DNA of 33,401 nucleotides from Candidatus Hodarchaeum mangrovi (GTDB taxonomy: Archaea > Asgardarchaeota > Heimdallarchaeia > Hodarchaeales > Hodarchaeaceae), in contig JAEOUE010000044.1 in assembly GCA_016839515.1 (NCBI GenBank), positions 1-33,401 on the forward strand. The letters run 5' to 3'. The position numbers and the translations under genes are program-made. The first letter of the stretch is position 1, and each line of letters opens with the position of its first letter. This document shows, piece after piece, positions 19,472 to 28,989 of the stretch. The notes below the pieces were generated by a model that ran no database searches, was not told the origin of the DNA, and saw only the letters and a program-made list of their open reading frames with translations.

Positions 19472-20107
19472 TTGGAATTATATTTCATACGTCATGGAGA
19501 AAGTACTGCAAACCAAAATCAGCTTTACCAGGGTTGGACGGAAGTTCATTTAAGTGAGATAGGGCATGAGCAAGCAAAAAAATTATGTGATTATTTCCTA
19601 AAACAAAAAATCATGTTTGACTCTATTTATTCTAGCCCACTCCTTCGAGCATCCGAAACTGCCTCTCATTTACTACCTTGTACATTAGAACCTAATATTA
19701 ATTTAAGAAAAGGATTAAAATCGATAAATGTAGGCCAATGGAGCGAACTACCAATTGACTTTGTGAAAAAAGAATTTAGAGAATTATATCGGATTTGGAA
19801 GACTGAACCCAAAAGATTTCAATTTCCTGAAGGAGAATCTGTTTATGATGTTTTAAATCGTGCAAAATCAACCTTAATTGATATTATTTCTCATCAATCA
19901 ATGACAAGTCGTATCGCAATTGTCTCTCATATGATAACAATTAAAGTTATGGCAATGTGGATGCTTCAAGAAGACCTTGATAAGATTTGGGATCCACAAT
20001 ATTCAGTTCCCAATACTGGTCTTATTTTATTTACTATTCGTGGAGAAAAGAATGAGGGATTTATTTTTTCACGTGAAAATCTGGAAAGTCCAATCCCTCA
20101 TCTATAA
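19472..20107 (+). CDS. Histidine phosphatase (phosphoglycerate mutase/CobC-like family)
   Basis: FIRHGES, YSSPLLRA.ETA, FPEGES and IVSH. Confidence 0.92.
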   Translation: MELYFIRHGESTANQNQLYQGWTEVHLSEIGHEQAKKLCDYFLKQKIMFDSIYSSPLLRASETASHLLPCTLEPNINLRKGLKSINVGQWSELPIDFVKKEFRELYRIWKTEPKRFQFPEGESVYDVLNRAKSTLIDIISHQSMTSRIAIVSHMITIKVMAMWMLQEDLDKIWDPQYSVPNTGLILFTIRGEKNEGFIFSRENLESPIPHL

Positions 20108-20369
20108 TATTAATTCTCAAGAAGCTCTCTTTAGAAAAAAAAGGGGTAATATGTTTTATACGTTTCTTTCACATATCTATTGAATGTTTGTGATAAAAAT
20201 ATTCAATATTAAATCCTTTTAAATTAATTCTATAGTAATGATATTGTCAATGAGGAAATTTGCTATTAATTGATCATTATTTGTAACAAATTATTTAAAA
20301 AGTTAATAGCTAAAAAATTTTGTAGCTGATTCAAAGTTAAAAATGACATATATTAAATAAGGGAGAATA

Positions 20370-21554
20370 ATGATTGCCGAAATAAAACCTAATATCTATA
20401 TGTTAAGAACGCTAGACTGGGAACGACGTCTATTTGATGAACTAATTCCTCTACCTGATGGGACAAGTTATAATGCTTATTTGATTAACGGAACGGATCG
20501 AAATGCGTTGATTGATTCATCTGATATCAGAAAAATTGATCCTTTCCTCAATGATTTGCGTGAATTATCCTTAAATAGACTGGATTACGTCGTGGCTAAT
20601 CATGCTGAGCCAGATCATTCAGGAGCTATCCCAGCTGTTTTAGAATTATACCCTGATGCAAAAGTTGTTTGTACTGAACAATGCAAAGATATATTAGTCG
20701 ATTTACTTCATATTCCAACTGAAGCATTTCATACGGTAACAAATGGGAGTACTCTTGATTTAGGTGATTTTACATTAAAATTCATCGTTGCACCATGGGT
20801 TCATTGGCCTGAGACTATGTTCACATATATACTTGACAAAAAAATACTCTTTACTTGTGATTTCTTAGGAAATCATATTGCTTCAAGTGAGATTTACTCT
20901 TCCAATGATATTCGAGTATATAACGCAGCAAAACGATATTACGCAGAAATAATGATGCCTTTTAGAAGGATAATTGAAAAGCATTTGAATATTATAATGA
21001 ATTTAGATCTTGATCTCATAGCTACCAGTCATGGACTGATCTATAGTGAACCAGATTTTATCATTAATGCCTATAAAGAATGGGTATCTGATGGTGTGAA
21101 GAATGAGGTTGTAATCCCTTATGTCTCGATGTATGGCAGTACGGAGAAACTTGTGAAATATCTAGCAGAGGGGCTAATTAAAAAAGGAATAAAAGTAAAA
21201 CCATTCATGTTAACTGCTACTGACATAGGTGAGTTGGCAATGGCACTTGTTGACGCTGCCACGATTATCATTGGTTCACCCACGGTTCTAACTGGGGCAC
21301 ATCCAGCTGTTATCTATGCTACATATCTTGCTAACTTGATACGACCTAAAGCTAAGTATGCAACTGTAATTGGTTCCTATGGCTGGAAGGGAAAACTTGT
21401 AGATCAGATTGTAAGCTTGTTACCTAATCTTAAGGTTGAATTGTTCAAACCCGTTGTGATTAAAGGTAAACCAGATAAAAAAGATTTCCAGGAAATTGAT
21501 CGGTTAATAAATGATATAACCTCTAAACATCAAGAATTAGGACTATTATCATAA
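20370..21554 (+). CDS. fprA: Flavodiiron protein (A-type flavoprotein)
   Basis: GTSYNAYL, NHAEPDHSG, HWPE, FTCD, SHG, the flavodoxin domain YVSMYGST, GSPT and GSYGW. Confidence 0.93.
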   Translation: MIAEIKPNIYMLRTLDWERRLFDELIPLPDGTSYNAYLINGTDRNALIDSSDIRKIDPFLNDLRELSLNRLDYVVANHAEPDHSGAIPAVLELYPDAKVVCTEQCKDILVDLLHIPTEAFHTVTNGSTLDLGDFTLKFIVAPWVHWPETMFTYILDKKILFTCDFLGNHIASSEIYSSNDIRVYNAAKRYYAEIMMPFRRIIEKHLNIIMNLDLDLIATSHGLIYSEPDFIINAYKEWVSDGVKNEVVIPYVSMYGSTEKLVKYLAEGLIKKGIKVKPFMLTATDIGELAMALVDAATIIIGSPTVLTGAHPAVIYATYLANLIRPKAKYATVIGSYGWKGKLVDQIVSLLPNLKVELFKPVVIKGKPDKKDFQEIDRLINDITSKHQELGLLS

Positions 21555-21612
21555 ATTTTATACATTTATATGAGTTAAAAAAGAAAAAATTAACCAACCC
21601 AGTGAATTTAAG

Positions 21613-22740
21613 ATGGAAGTTAAATTTGATAAACAAGTTTTTGGAAAACGAGTAGAAAAATGTACAAAACTTATGAAAGCTGAAGATTATGTTGTTCTAT
21701 TGTTAACCAAACCCTCAAATATGTATTATTTGACAGGCGATGGACGATTATGTGCTTATACTATGATTACTGCACAGGGTCAGGTTGCAATTGGAGTACC
21801 AGAAACAGATGGAGACGATGTACAGGAATTAGCACACTTCGATAACCTTGCTACTTTTAAAGACGAAATTGGAATGATTCACTCCATAGCTGATTTCTAT
21901 AAACATTTTGAGATCAATAAAGGAGTTGTGGGTTTAGAATACACTTTCCTGACCAATTCGATGCTAGGTATGATGACTCATCCACACGCTAAACCGGATG
22001 CAGTAATAGTCAAAGATTGTACGAAAATTATGTCTGAAATGAGGATGGTTAAAGAACCTATTGAAATTGAATTGATGCAAGATGCTGCTAGAATTGCTGA
22101 TATTGGTATGGAGGCTGCAATAGCTTCGATTAAAGCTGGAATGACAGAAAGCCAAATTGCGGGAGAAGGGGAATATGCCATGCGTCAAGCTGGTGCTGAA
22201 GGCTTTTGGCGTTCCTATGTGGCGAGTGGAGTTAGAACACGAATTGCTCATGGGATTCCAACTAATTATAAGGTTAAACATGGAGATATTATAATCATCG
22301 ACCTTCACCCAATTGTAAACAACTATTCTTCGGACATTTGTAGAATGACTTGTGTGGGAAAAGCATCAGTAAACCAAGTTAGAGCATATGAGACATACTT
22401 AGAAGCATTGCAAAATACTATAGCAAAAGCTATAGATGGAGTAGGAATGGTTGATCTTGAACAAACACTTCACGGTGTAATACAAAATGCTGGGTATGGA
22501 AATAACATCTTTGGCCCACCCATTCATGGTATAGGAATAAATTTCGAAGAAGCGCCTTTACCACCTGGTCACGCCTTCTTTCATGGTGAAAAAGCTCCTC
22601 CACCATTGGTAAAAAACATCCCTATTGCTATTGGTAACTGTGGTATCTATACCAAAGATTGGGGTGTACGAATAGAAGATACTGTGGTCGTTGGTAAAGA
22701 TAAACCATTGATTCTAACAACTTATCCATATGATCTATGA
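21613..22740 (+). CDS. M24 family (Xaa-Pro peptidase/creatinase-like) hydrolase
   Basis: N-terminal creatinase-like domain, MRMVKEP.EI, IDL...YSSDICR, HGIG and GVRIEDTV. Confidence 0.88.
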   Translation: MEVKFDKQVFGKRVEKCTKLMKAEDYVVLLLTKPSNMYYLTGDGRLCAYTMITAQGQVAIGVPETDGDDVQELAHFDNLATFKDEIGMIHSIADFYKHFEINKGVVGLEYTFLTNSMLGMMTHPHAKPDAVIVKDCTKIMSEMRMVKEPIEIELMQDAARIADIGMEAAIASIKAGMTESQIAGEGEYAMRQAGAEGFWRSYVASGVRTRIAHGIPTNYKVKHGDIIIIDLHPIVNNYSSDICRMTCVGKASVNQVRAYETYLEALQNTIAKAIDGVGMVDLEQTLHGVIQNAGYGNNIFGPPIHGIGINFEEAPLPPGHAFFHGEKAPPPLVKNIPIAIGNCGIYTKDWGVRIEDTVVVGKDKPLILTTYPYDL

Positions 22741-22895
22741 ATAGAAATCCAAACATTGCTGAAAAGTTTCTGAAATTAATTTAAGGAGTAATAATACTGT
22801 CAATGGTTAATTTTGCTATAATTTATAGAATTTCATAAATTCCGAATTTATAATATTGATGAAATTATTATGTATTCTTGGTACTTGTGAGGTTC

Positions 22896-23378
22896 TTACT
22901 TTTGCTTTCTTCCTAGTAATTTTGAGACAAATCTGCTCCATAACGACTTTTTAGGTACTATTCCCGAAATATCACCCATACTAGGATTGGATACTACATT
23001 TAACTCTATTAGATCTTTTTCAAAATCTTGGTATTGACCCTCTATAATAATGTCTCCTATTTTATCACTAAATTTTTCAAGAAATCGCTCCATTGCTCTA
23101 TTCAACTGTTCTTTAATAATTTCAGTACCAAAATTTACAGGATTTGCAAAAACTAATATAATTTCCTTTTCTTTGTCGATTTTAAAATCCAGTTTAATTT
23201 CGTTAAAAATAACACATTGTATTTCATCGCCAAAAGACTCCTGTGAATAAGAATATATAGCTGCTAAAAATCCTGTTTGGAGAGAATGATCGGGGTGGAG
23301 TTGACAATAATTACCACCAAAACATTTTCCGAATAAAGGAATTCCACTAGTTTTAAATATGAAAACGTCATCTACCAT
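22896..23378 (-). CDS. Longin-like domain protein
   Basis: VFIFKTSGIPLF, then a helix SLQTGFLAAIYSYSQE, beta strands, and ERFLEKF..QDFEKDL, the pattern of Asgard longin-fold proteins. GGTGA RBS upstream. Confidence 0.7.
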   Translation of the reverse strand: MVDDVFIFKTSGIPLFGKCFGGNYCQLHPDHSLQTGFLAAIYSYSQESFGDEIQCVIFNEIKLDFKIDKEKEIILVFANPVNFGTEIIKEQLNRAMERFLEKFSDKIGDIIIEGQYQDFEKDLIELNVVSNPSMGDISGIVPKKSLWSRFVSKLLGRKQK

Positions 23379-23893
23379 ATGACATCACCATGTTTACATT
23401 TGTATAATTCTACTCAAACGATTTATTACTAAAAGATTCCAAATTTTCCCTTAAGAAAGGTTAGTTAATAAATAACTTTATTAGCTTGCTGATTGGAAAT
23501 CGAAAAAAATGTAAACATTTATTTCTGTAATTTATATCCCAAATATGTAGAATAATATATATAGACTCATTCAAATAATTAAATGCCCCTAATTATATTG
23601 AATAGAATTTTTAATACATCCAATATCTTAAAGGAAGCTCTTTGTATTATGTTTTCATTTTTTGCTCCATCTAGTCTTCAAGATTTGCTTAAACGTTAAA
23701 AATCAAATATAAGGATTATTTCGAGGCATTTAGAAATGTCATTTTATACAAGATGCAGATCTTAATCATTAGCCATTTGAAATAAAGGATTATCAATTGT
23801 TTCTCTTGCCTTAAAAAAAAATTAGATAAAATACAATAAAATATAATTTTAAATGTAAAAGAAATTATATTTGAACAAATGATGTGATAAATT

Positions 23894-24418
23894 TTGTCTA
23901 AAATGTACTCTTGTCCAAATTGTGGAGCTTCTATTACTTCAAATGACTTATTTTGCCAGACTTGTGGTCTAGATTTAACTAAAACCCAACCACCTCAGTT
24001 TACAAAATCATCTGATCGAACTAATGAATATAGAGGATATATCCAGATTTTAGGGTATGTTGAAATGGTTTTTGGTGTTCTATCATTAATAATTGGGGTT
24101 TTTGCTGCAATTATTGCAGTTTTTATCCCTATCTTAATGCTTCAAGGTATCGCAGCAGATGATTTAGGATCTTCAACAGAAATAATTGCTGTTTTTGTTG
24201 GAGTTATTGTCTTTATTGTTGCTTTATTGTTTTTAATTTTCGGGATAGCACAAATTGTCTATGGAAGACGTTTACTTCAGCACAAAAGTTCTGGCCGTAC
24301 TGGTACAATGGTTATTGGCGCATTACATTTATTTGATATACCCTTTGGAACCGCTTTTGGCGCTGCAGCATTGTATATTCTAAGTCGACCAGAAGCTATT
24401 GATTTATTTGAAGGTTAG
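23894..24418 (+). CDS. Zinc-ribbon-containing membrane protein
   Basis: CPNCG...FCQTCG followed by several TM helices and a PFGT motif. Confidence 0.8.
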   Translation: MSKMYSCPNCGASITSNDLFCQTCGLDLTKTQPPQFTKSSDRTNEYRGYIQILGYVEMVFGVLSLIIGVFAAIIAVFIPILMLQGIAADDLGSSTEIIAVFVGVIVFIVALLFLIFGIAQIVYGRRLLQHKSSGRTGTMVIGALHLFDIPFGTAFGAAALYILSRPEAIDLFEG

Positions 24419-24434
24419 CAAAATTTCATCAGTA

Positions 24435-25340
24435 TTATAAAAAGAAGCAACCTTCAGCTGTTTTTTTTACTGTTCCTCCAACAATTATTTCGGCAAAATC
24501 GCTATTTTGGAATTGACATTCTGCAATTAATTTACTAGGACGATTTAGTTCATATCCTTGTTCCAGAATAATTTTTGATCCTTTTATTTGATCAGAAAGA
24601 ACTTTATTTGCCTCAAGATATGCTGCAATTGGACCCGCTGCACTTCCTGTTGCTGGATCCTCAAAAACACCAGCAGAAGGGGCAAACATACGTACATGAG
24701 CGTGAGAATCATTATGAATAGTCTCTGGGGAAAGAACAACTAAATCTTGGGCTGGAAAATCCTTCAGGGTATCTAATAATAATTCAGTATTTAATCTAAT
24801 CTTCTGAATTATAGCTAATGAGGTGATTGGAACTATTAGATAGGGAAATCCAGTTGAAATGAATTGCATTGGCCATTTATCAGAAATTGCTGTGGGGGAT
24901 ACTCCTAGAACTTTAGCTATAATTTCTTTATCCTTGAAAACTTCTATGAATTGGGGGACTGGTTGATACATTTGAACTTGATCTTTTTCACAAAATTTTA
25001 CCTCAATTGGACCAATTCCCAATTCTAAAAAAGCATGGTTTTCATTAGGTTGTATGACGCCTTGATTTCTCAATACAAATGCTGTTCCAAGAGTTGGATG
25101 CCCAGCAAATGGTATTTCAAGCCCTGGAGTAAAGATTCTTACTTTACGAACACATTTTTTGGTCGTAGAACTATAAACAAAGGTTGTCTCAGAGAAATTC
25201 ATTTCTCGTGTGATTCCCTGCATTTCTTCTTGGGTTAAATCAGTATTAGAAAGCTTCCAAAAGGTTGCAAGTTGATTTCCAGAGAATAAATAGCGTTTAT
25301 CAGTGAAAACACTTGTTTGTATAAAATTTAATGAACGAAT
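24435..25340 (-). CDS. PhzF-family isomerase/epimerase (start extended to a probable ATT at 25340)
   Basis: NFSETTF, EIPFAGHPTLG and EDPATGSAAG. The family N-terminal motif VFTD..FSGNQLA is encoded in frame upstream of the tracked ATG at 25223. Confidence 0.88.
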   Translation of the reverse strand: MRSLNFIQTSVFTDKRYLFSGNQLATFWKLSNTDLTQEEMQGITREMNFSETTFVYSSTTKKCVRKVRIFTPGLEIPFAGHPTLGTAFVLRNQGVIQPNENHAFLELGIGPIEVKFCEKDQVQMYQPVPQFIEVFKDKEIIAKVLGVSPTAISDKWPMQFISTGFPYLIVPITSLAIIQKIRLNTELLLDTLKDFPAQDLVVLSPETIHNDSHAHVRMFAPSAGVFEDPATGSAAGPIAAYLEANKVLSDQIKGSKIILEQGYELNRPSKLIAECQFQNSDFAEIIVGGTVKKTAEGCFFL

Positions 25341-25890
25341 AACAAGACCTCCTGCATTATCATTAAGATTTTAATTGCTGATTTAATTTTCTTTATTATC
25401 TTAATAGTTCTGGGGCGAGTTTTTCTTGTGATTAGATATAGTAGTTTATAATTCAATACTTCAATTATAGGAAATCCTTCACCCAATAATTAAGCATTAA
25501 ACTTCTTAGTTTTAATTACTGCAGTAATGGTTATATTTTTATCGTTTTTTACTATTCTTGTTCCATATAAAAAAACTATCTTTTGATTAATCTTTTTTCT
25601 CGTTAACTTGAGAGATATAACGGTTATGTATTATCCTGACCATGATAATACTCACATTCTTTCATTATTTAATTAGATCATGAATTAATTGAGAATCTGA
25701 GTTAATTTGCATTAGAAAAAATGACTTCATTCCTGGCTATTATAAATAAATGTAATATCCCTCTATCCCCTAGATATAATTTACAAGCTTTAAATTTCTT
25801 TTAGTTTAATATCCATCGTTAAGTGTAGAAACTGCGCCCTCTCGTACATTTAATCATTGGAATCAGACATTGGAATATTCTCTTTTTAAT

Positions 25891-25910
25891 GTAGTCTTTT
25901 TTTAGACTAC
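25891..25910. terminator. Hairpin downstream of peptide gene 1
   Basis: GTAGTCT-T6-AGACTAC, a perfect 7-bp stem about 65 bp past the peptide stop. Confidence 0.3.
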
Positions 25911-25973
25911 TTTTATATAGCAATTGATTCGTCCATTCTTTTATTAAAATGTAAGAGAATTGGAGTTTTTTCG

Positions 25974-26126
25974 TTAATCTATTGCTGGAGGGGCTACAGC
26001 GGGGTTTGCACTAGCCAATGATGAAGATAGGAATAACATTATTAGTAGAAATATGATTGGAAGCAATTTCCAGAATGTTAATTCCACATCGAATGATTTA
26101 TTTCTTATTCTTAAAGTTTTTTCCAT
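25974..26126 (-). CDS. Unannotated 50-aa signal-peptide/Pro-tail peptide 1 MEKTLRIRNKSFDVELTFWKLLPIIFLLIMLFLSSSLASANPAVAPPAID
   Basis: Translated by hand. GGTGA lies 5 nt before the ATG. Basic n-region, hydrophobic h-region, A-S-A site. Divergent from the 26300 regulator and homologous to peptide 2. Confidence 0.8.
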   Translation of the reverse strand: MEKTLRIRNKSFDVELTFWKLLPIIFLLIMLFLSSSLASANPAVAPPAID

Positions 26127-26190
26127 TTCTTTCACCTTATTTCTGTTTTTTTTAGTTTTGGTGTTTAGAGTCGCCGTTCCTATTCATCTC

Positions 26191-26223
26191 AAATTTTGCG
26201 GATTGGTTCTCTAGACAAAATTT
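26191..26223. promoter_or_regulatory. Inverted repeat AAATTTTG-N17-CAAAATTT (candidate operator, module 1)
   Basis: Perfect 8-bp arms at 26191-26198 and 26216-26223 between the divergent peptide and regulator genes. Confidence 0.45.
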
Positions 26224-26299
26224 ACGTATTTAACAGCTAACTTTAAATGTTATGGTGGTAGATATCAAGCTACAGCACACTGTCAGACTGTGATTTAAG

Positions 26300-27754
26300 G
26301 TGGAAGGCTCACAAACGAAACAGTTTATAGATCAAATCCGACAAAAAGGAATTGACGCTGAGGCAGATGACTTTGTCATAGATCTGATCTATATATGGGA
26401 AAAAATCCACAATGATGCTCCAAATATCACTCTGGCAGAAATTAAGGACTATTCTGAAAGTATCCTTTCAAATGTTACTCTTCCTTTCTATGAAAAATAC
26501 AAACATGATCCAACAATCAAAAAGTATGATTTATGGTTGAAAGATTATTATTCAATTGTTGTTGAATGGACAGGGCAGGGAGCTATAATGTTCCCCTCTA
26601 GACTGATCAATTATGAAGTTTTCAATCATAGAGACCAAATGTTTGAATATTTTATAAACAAACTTAAAACAGGTGAGTTTAGACTTAAGAAGGAAGATCT
26701 CTTTTCTTTTCTCTTTCCACGACTAATCCATGTTACAGTTCCTTTATCAGAGACTGACATTCTGATATTAAAATCACTTCAATATCTACAAAATACTCAC
26801 AGCCCTGATCCTTTAAAAATCCCTAAAGTTGAGGATTATGCGAGACATTTGGATGTATCTACCCGTACAATAATTCGTAGATTCAATATTATCAGATTTT
26901 TCCAAGTTTACATCAATATTGGTTTATTAAATATGAGTAAGCTAGGTTACGAGACTTTTTTACTATCTCATTTTGATCCAATACCTCCTGATCTTGCCAA
27001 GTATGTAGTTTTATCTGCAGATCTGGATATAAGTAATTTTACAATAGTTCAGATGCCAATAAAAAATACAAAACTATTTCTCGAAGCACAAGAGAGTTTT
27101 CAACCAAAAATTTTCCATCAGATGTCTGATCGTATACATTCGTGGTCATTATCTTTACTGGGAGCAGATGGTAAAGGTTGGACTTCCCCCCCAGCATTTA
27201 TTCATTCGGATCCTCGTGTCAATATTATAAATCCTTCTCCAGATTTTCATTTTGACCTCAAACCAGGACTAGATGTATTTCGACTTTTAACTCCTGCTGA
27301 CTTTAAAATTCTCGATTTTCTTATCACAAGAGGGGCAATCTCAAGCCTTAAAGATCTAAGTCGAACAGTAAATGTTTCTCCTTCTGAGATTACAAAGCGG
27401 ATTCAAGAATACGAAGCTCATAATATTCTTTTTAAAACATATCAATTCTATAACCTAGGATTAGATTTACACATCCTCTTCTTTATAAGCTCCCCAAATG
27501 ATCTAGGAATTCCGTGGCTCAACCATTTCTTGACATTTCCAAAATGCGACGTTTTTTATAGCGAAGAAAATGATTCTTCATTCTATTTTGGATTTCTGAA
27601 ATTACCACCTCAATGGATCAAAGAACTTACGCGTAAAATACACCAGATTAAGAAAGAGTTTAAGGATATTAAATTTTATTATACACTAGAACCTCCACTT
27701 GAGCTAAAATGGAATCTTTCTCTTCCAGAGACTTATCCGAAGGAAAATATGTAG
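26300..27754 (+). CDS. Large regulator with tandem Lrp/AsnC-like wHTH modules (paralog 1)
   Basis: LSETDILILKSL...YARHLDVSTRTIIRRF...NMSKLGY and LTPADFKILDFL...LSRTVNVSPSEITKRI...YNLGL. Confidence 0.75.
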   Translation: MEGSQTKQFIDQIRQKGIDAEADDFVIDLIYIWEKIHNDAPNITLAEIKDYSESILSNVTLPFYEKYKHDPTIKKYDLWLKDYYSIVVEWTGQGAIMFPSRLINYEVFNHRDQMFEYFINKLKTGEFRLKKEDLFSFLFPRLIHVTVPLSETDILILKSLQYLQNTHSPDPLKIPKVEDYARHLDVSTRTIIRRFNIIRFFQVYINIGLLNMSKLGYETFLLSHFDPIPPDLAKYVVLSADLDISNFTIVQMPIKNTKLFLEAQESFQPKIFHQMSDRIHSWSLSLLGADGKGWTSPPAFIHSDPRVNIINPSPDFHFDLKPGLDVFRLLTPADFKILDFLITRGAISSLKDLSRTVNVSPSEITKRIQEYEAHNILFKTYQFYNLGLDLHILFFISSPNDLGIPWLNHFLTFPKCDVFYSEENDSSFYFGFLKLPPQWIKELTRKIHQIKKEFKDIKFYYTLEPPLELKWNLSLPETYPKENM

Positions 27755-27849
27755 AGTTAATAATGATCTTAATTTTAATGGTCTTTGGAGGAGACTTATT
27801 ATATTAATGTAAGTGATTCCAATAAAATCTGTATTAATCATTAATAGAA

Positions 27850-28359
27850 GTGAGTATAGTGGTTTCTAAATTAGAAAATGTGAAAGGACAATTGCATTAT
27901 GCCCTTAATATGGCAATGAAGCCCCTTGATAAAGCAATCGAGTTAATTCCCAAGGATAAATTAGACTATAAACCGTTTGAAGAAGCAATGACCGCAGCAG
28001 AATTGGGATATCATATTTATGCAGTCAGCTTTGTTTACACAACGGGAACGATTAAAAGGGAATTTTCAAACGAGGATTATGCTATTATCCCTTTTGATTT
28101 CTCCAAAGTCAAAACAGCAAGGGAATTTCTAGAATATGGCGCAAAAGTTCGAGAATTTATTCAGAAAGCATTGGATGAAACCCTTACTGAAGCAGATATG
28201 GATAAAGAAGTAACCTACACATGCTGGGGAGGAGTAAAGATCAAAGGATTTGAATCATTAAGTAATATCTTGGAAGAAGTGATTCACCATCGTGCGCAAT
28301 TATGTCTTTATTTACGAATGCTTGGTATTAAACCTCCTTTTATTTATGATTTTTCTTAG
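27850..28359 (+). CDS. DinB family protein
   Basis: LDYKP...MTAAELGYHI and IHHRAQLCLYLRMLGIKPP. Confidence 0.88.
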   Translation: MSIVVSKLENVKGQLHYALNMAMKPLDKAIELIPKDKLDYKPFEEAMTAAELGYHIYAVSFVYTTGTIKREFSNEDYAIIPFDFSKVKTAREFLEYGAKVREFIQKALDETLTEADMDKEVTYTCWGGVKIKGFESLSNILEEVIHHRAQLCLYLRMLGIKPPFIYDFS

Positions 28360-28685
28360 ATATGATCTTTCTCATGACTTTATTATTGGATTGATTTAAT
28401 TTAACCAGTAAAAATATCTATAAATCAACCAAACAACCCGAAAATGATAAGAATTGAACCTCTTAATATTTTAAATCTGGGAATATTTATTTATTTTTAC
28501 TCTGTATGGATTCTAAATCGAATAAACTGAACTTAGAATCAAACCAAATTGGATCAGTCTTAAATTAACCGATTCCAACTAGTTAAACATAGATCAAGAA
28601 TAGAATCTTTATCAATTGTGAATATTTAATTCAGGCACGTTTTAATATTTCCTTTGTATCATGTTCATTGATTTTAATCAATAGG

Positions 28686-28832
28686 ATGAGTGAATTTATG
28701 GTTTGTCCAAATTATGATGATAAGAATTCAATGTGTACTGCTTTGGGACAGAAATTCTATACAGGAATGCAAAAGCCTTGTTTGGATCTAGATGACCCAG
28801 AAAAATGCCCAATTCTCACAATGAGAGGATGA
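28686..28832 (+). CDS. Unannotated 48-aa four-cysteine protein MSEFMVCPNYDDKNSMCTALGQKFYTGMQKPCLDLDDPEKCPILTMRG
   Basis: Translated by hand. CP-x9-C-x14-C-x8-CP pattern in a 630-bp gap; alternative start at 28698. Confidence 0.7.
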   Translation: MSEFMVCPNYDDKNSMCTALGQKFYTGMQKPCLDLDDPEKCPILTMRG

Positions 28833-28989
28833 AAATCTGTTTTAGGTTATAATGAAGTTTTTATCTGTAATTTAACTCAACTTTCACAAAATTCCCCTAA
28901 TTTGTAAGAAAGATATATCACTTTCTTTTTTTAAACTAATAACTCCTTGTCTTTGCTGATTACTAAATTTCACCTAAAAATTGTCAAAT

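Noticed and set aside
22819-22852. AT-rich imperfect hairpin between the convergent M24 and longin genes
   Set aside because: Low complexity; expected by chance at this AT content.
19977-23250. Track ORFs 19977-20183, 21964-22308, 21978-22181 and 23050-23250
   Set aside because: Alternative-frame or antisense overlaps of well-supported genes.
25035-25238. 67-aa plus-strand ORF
   Set aside because: Antisense to the PhzF-family gene.
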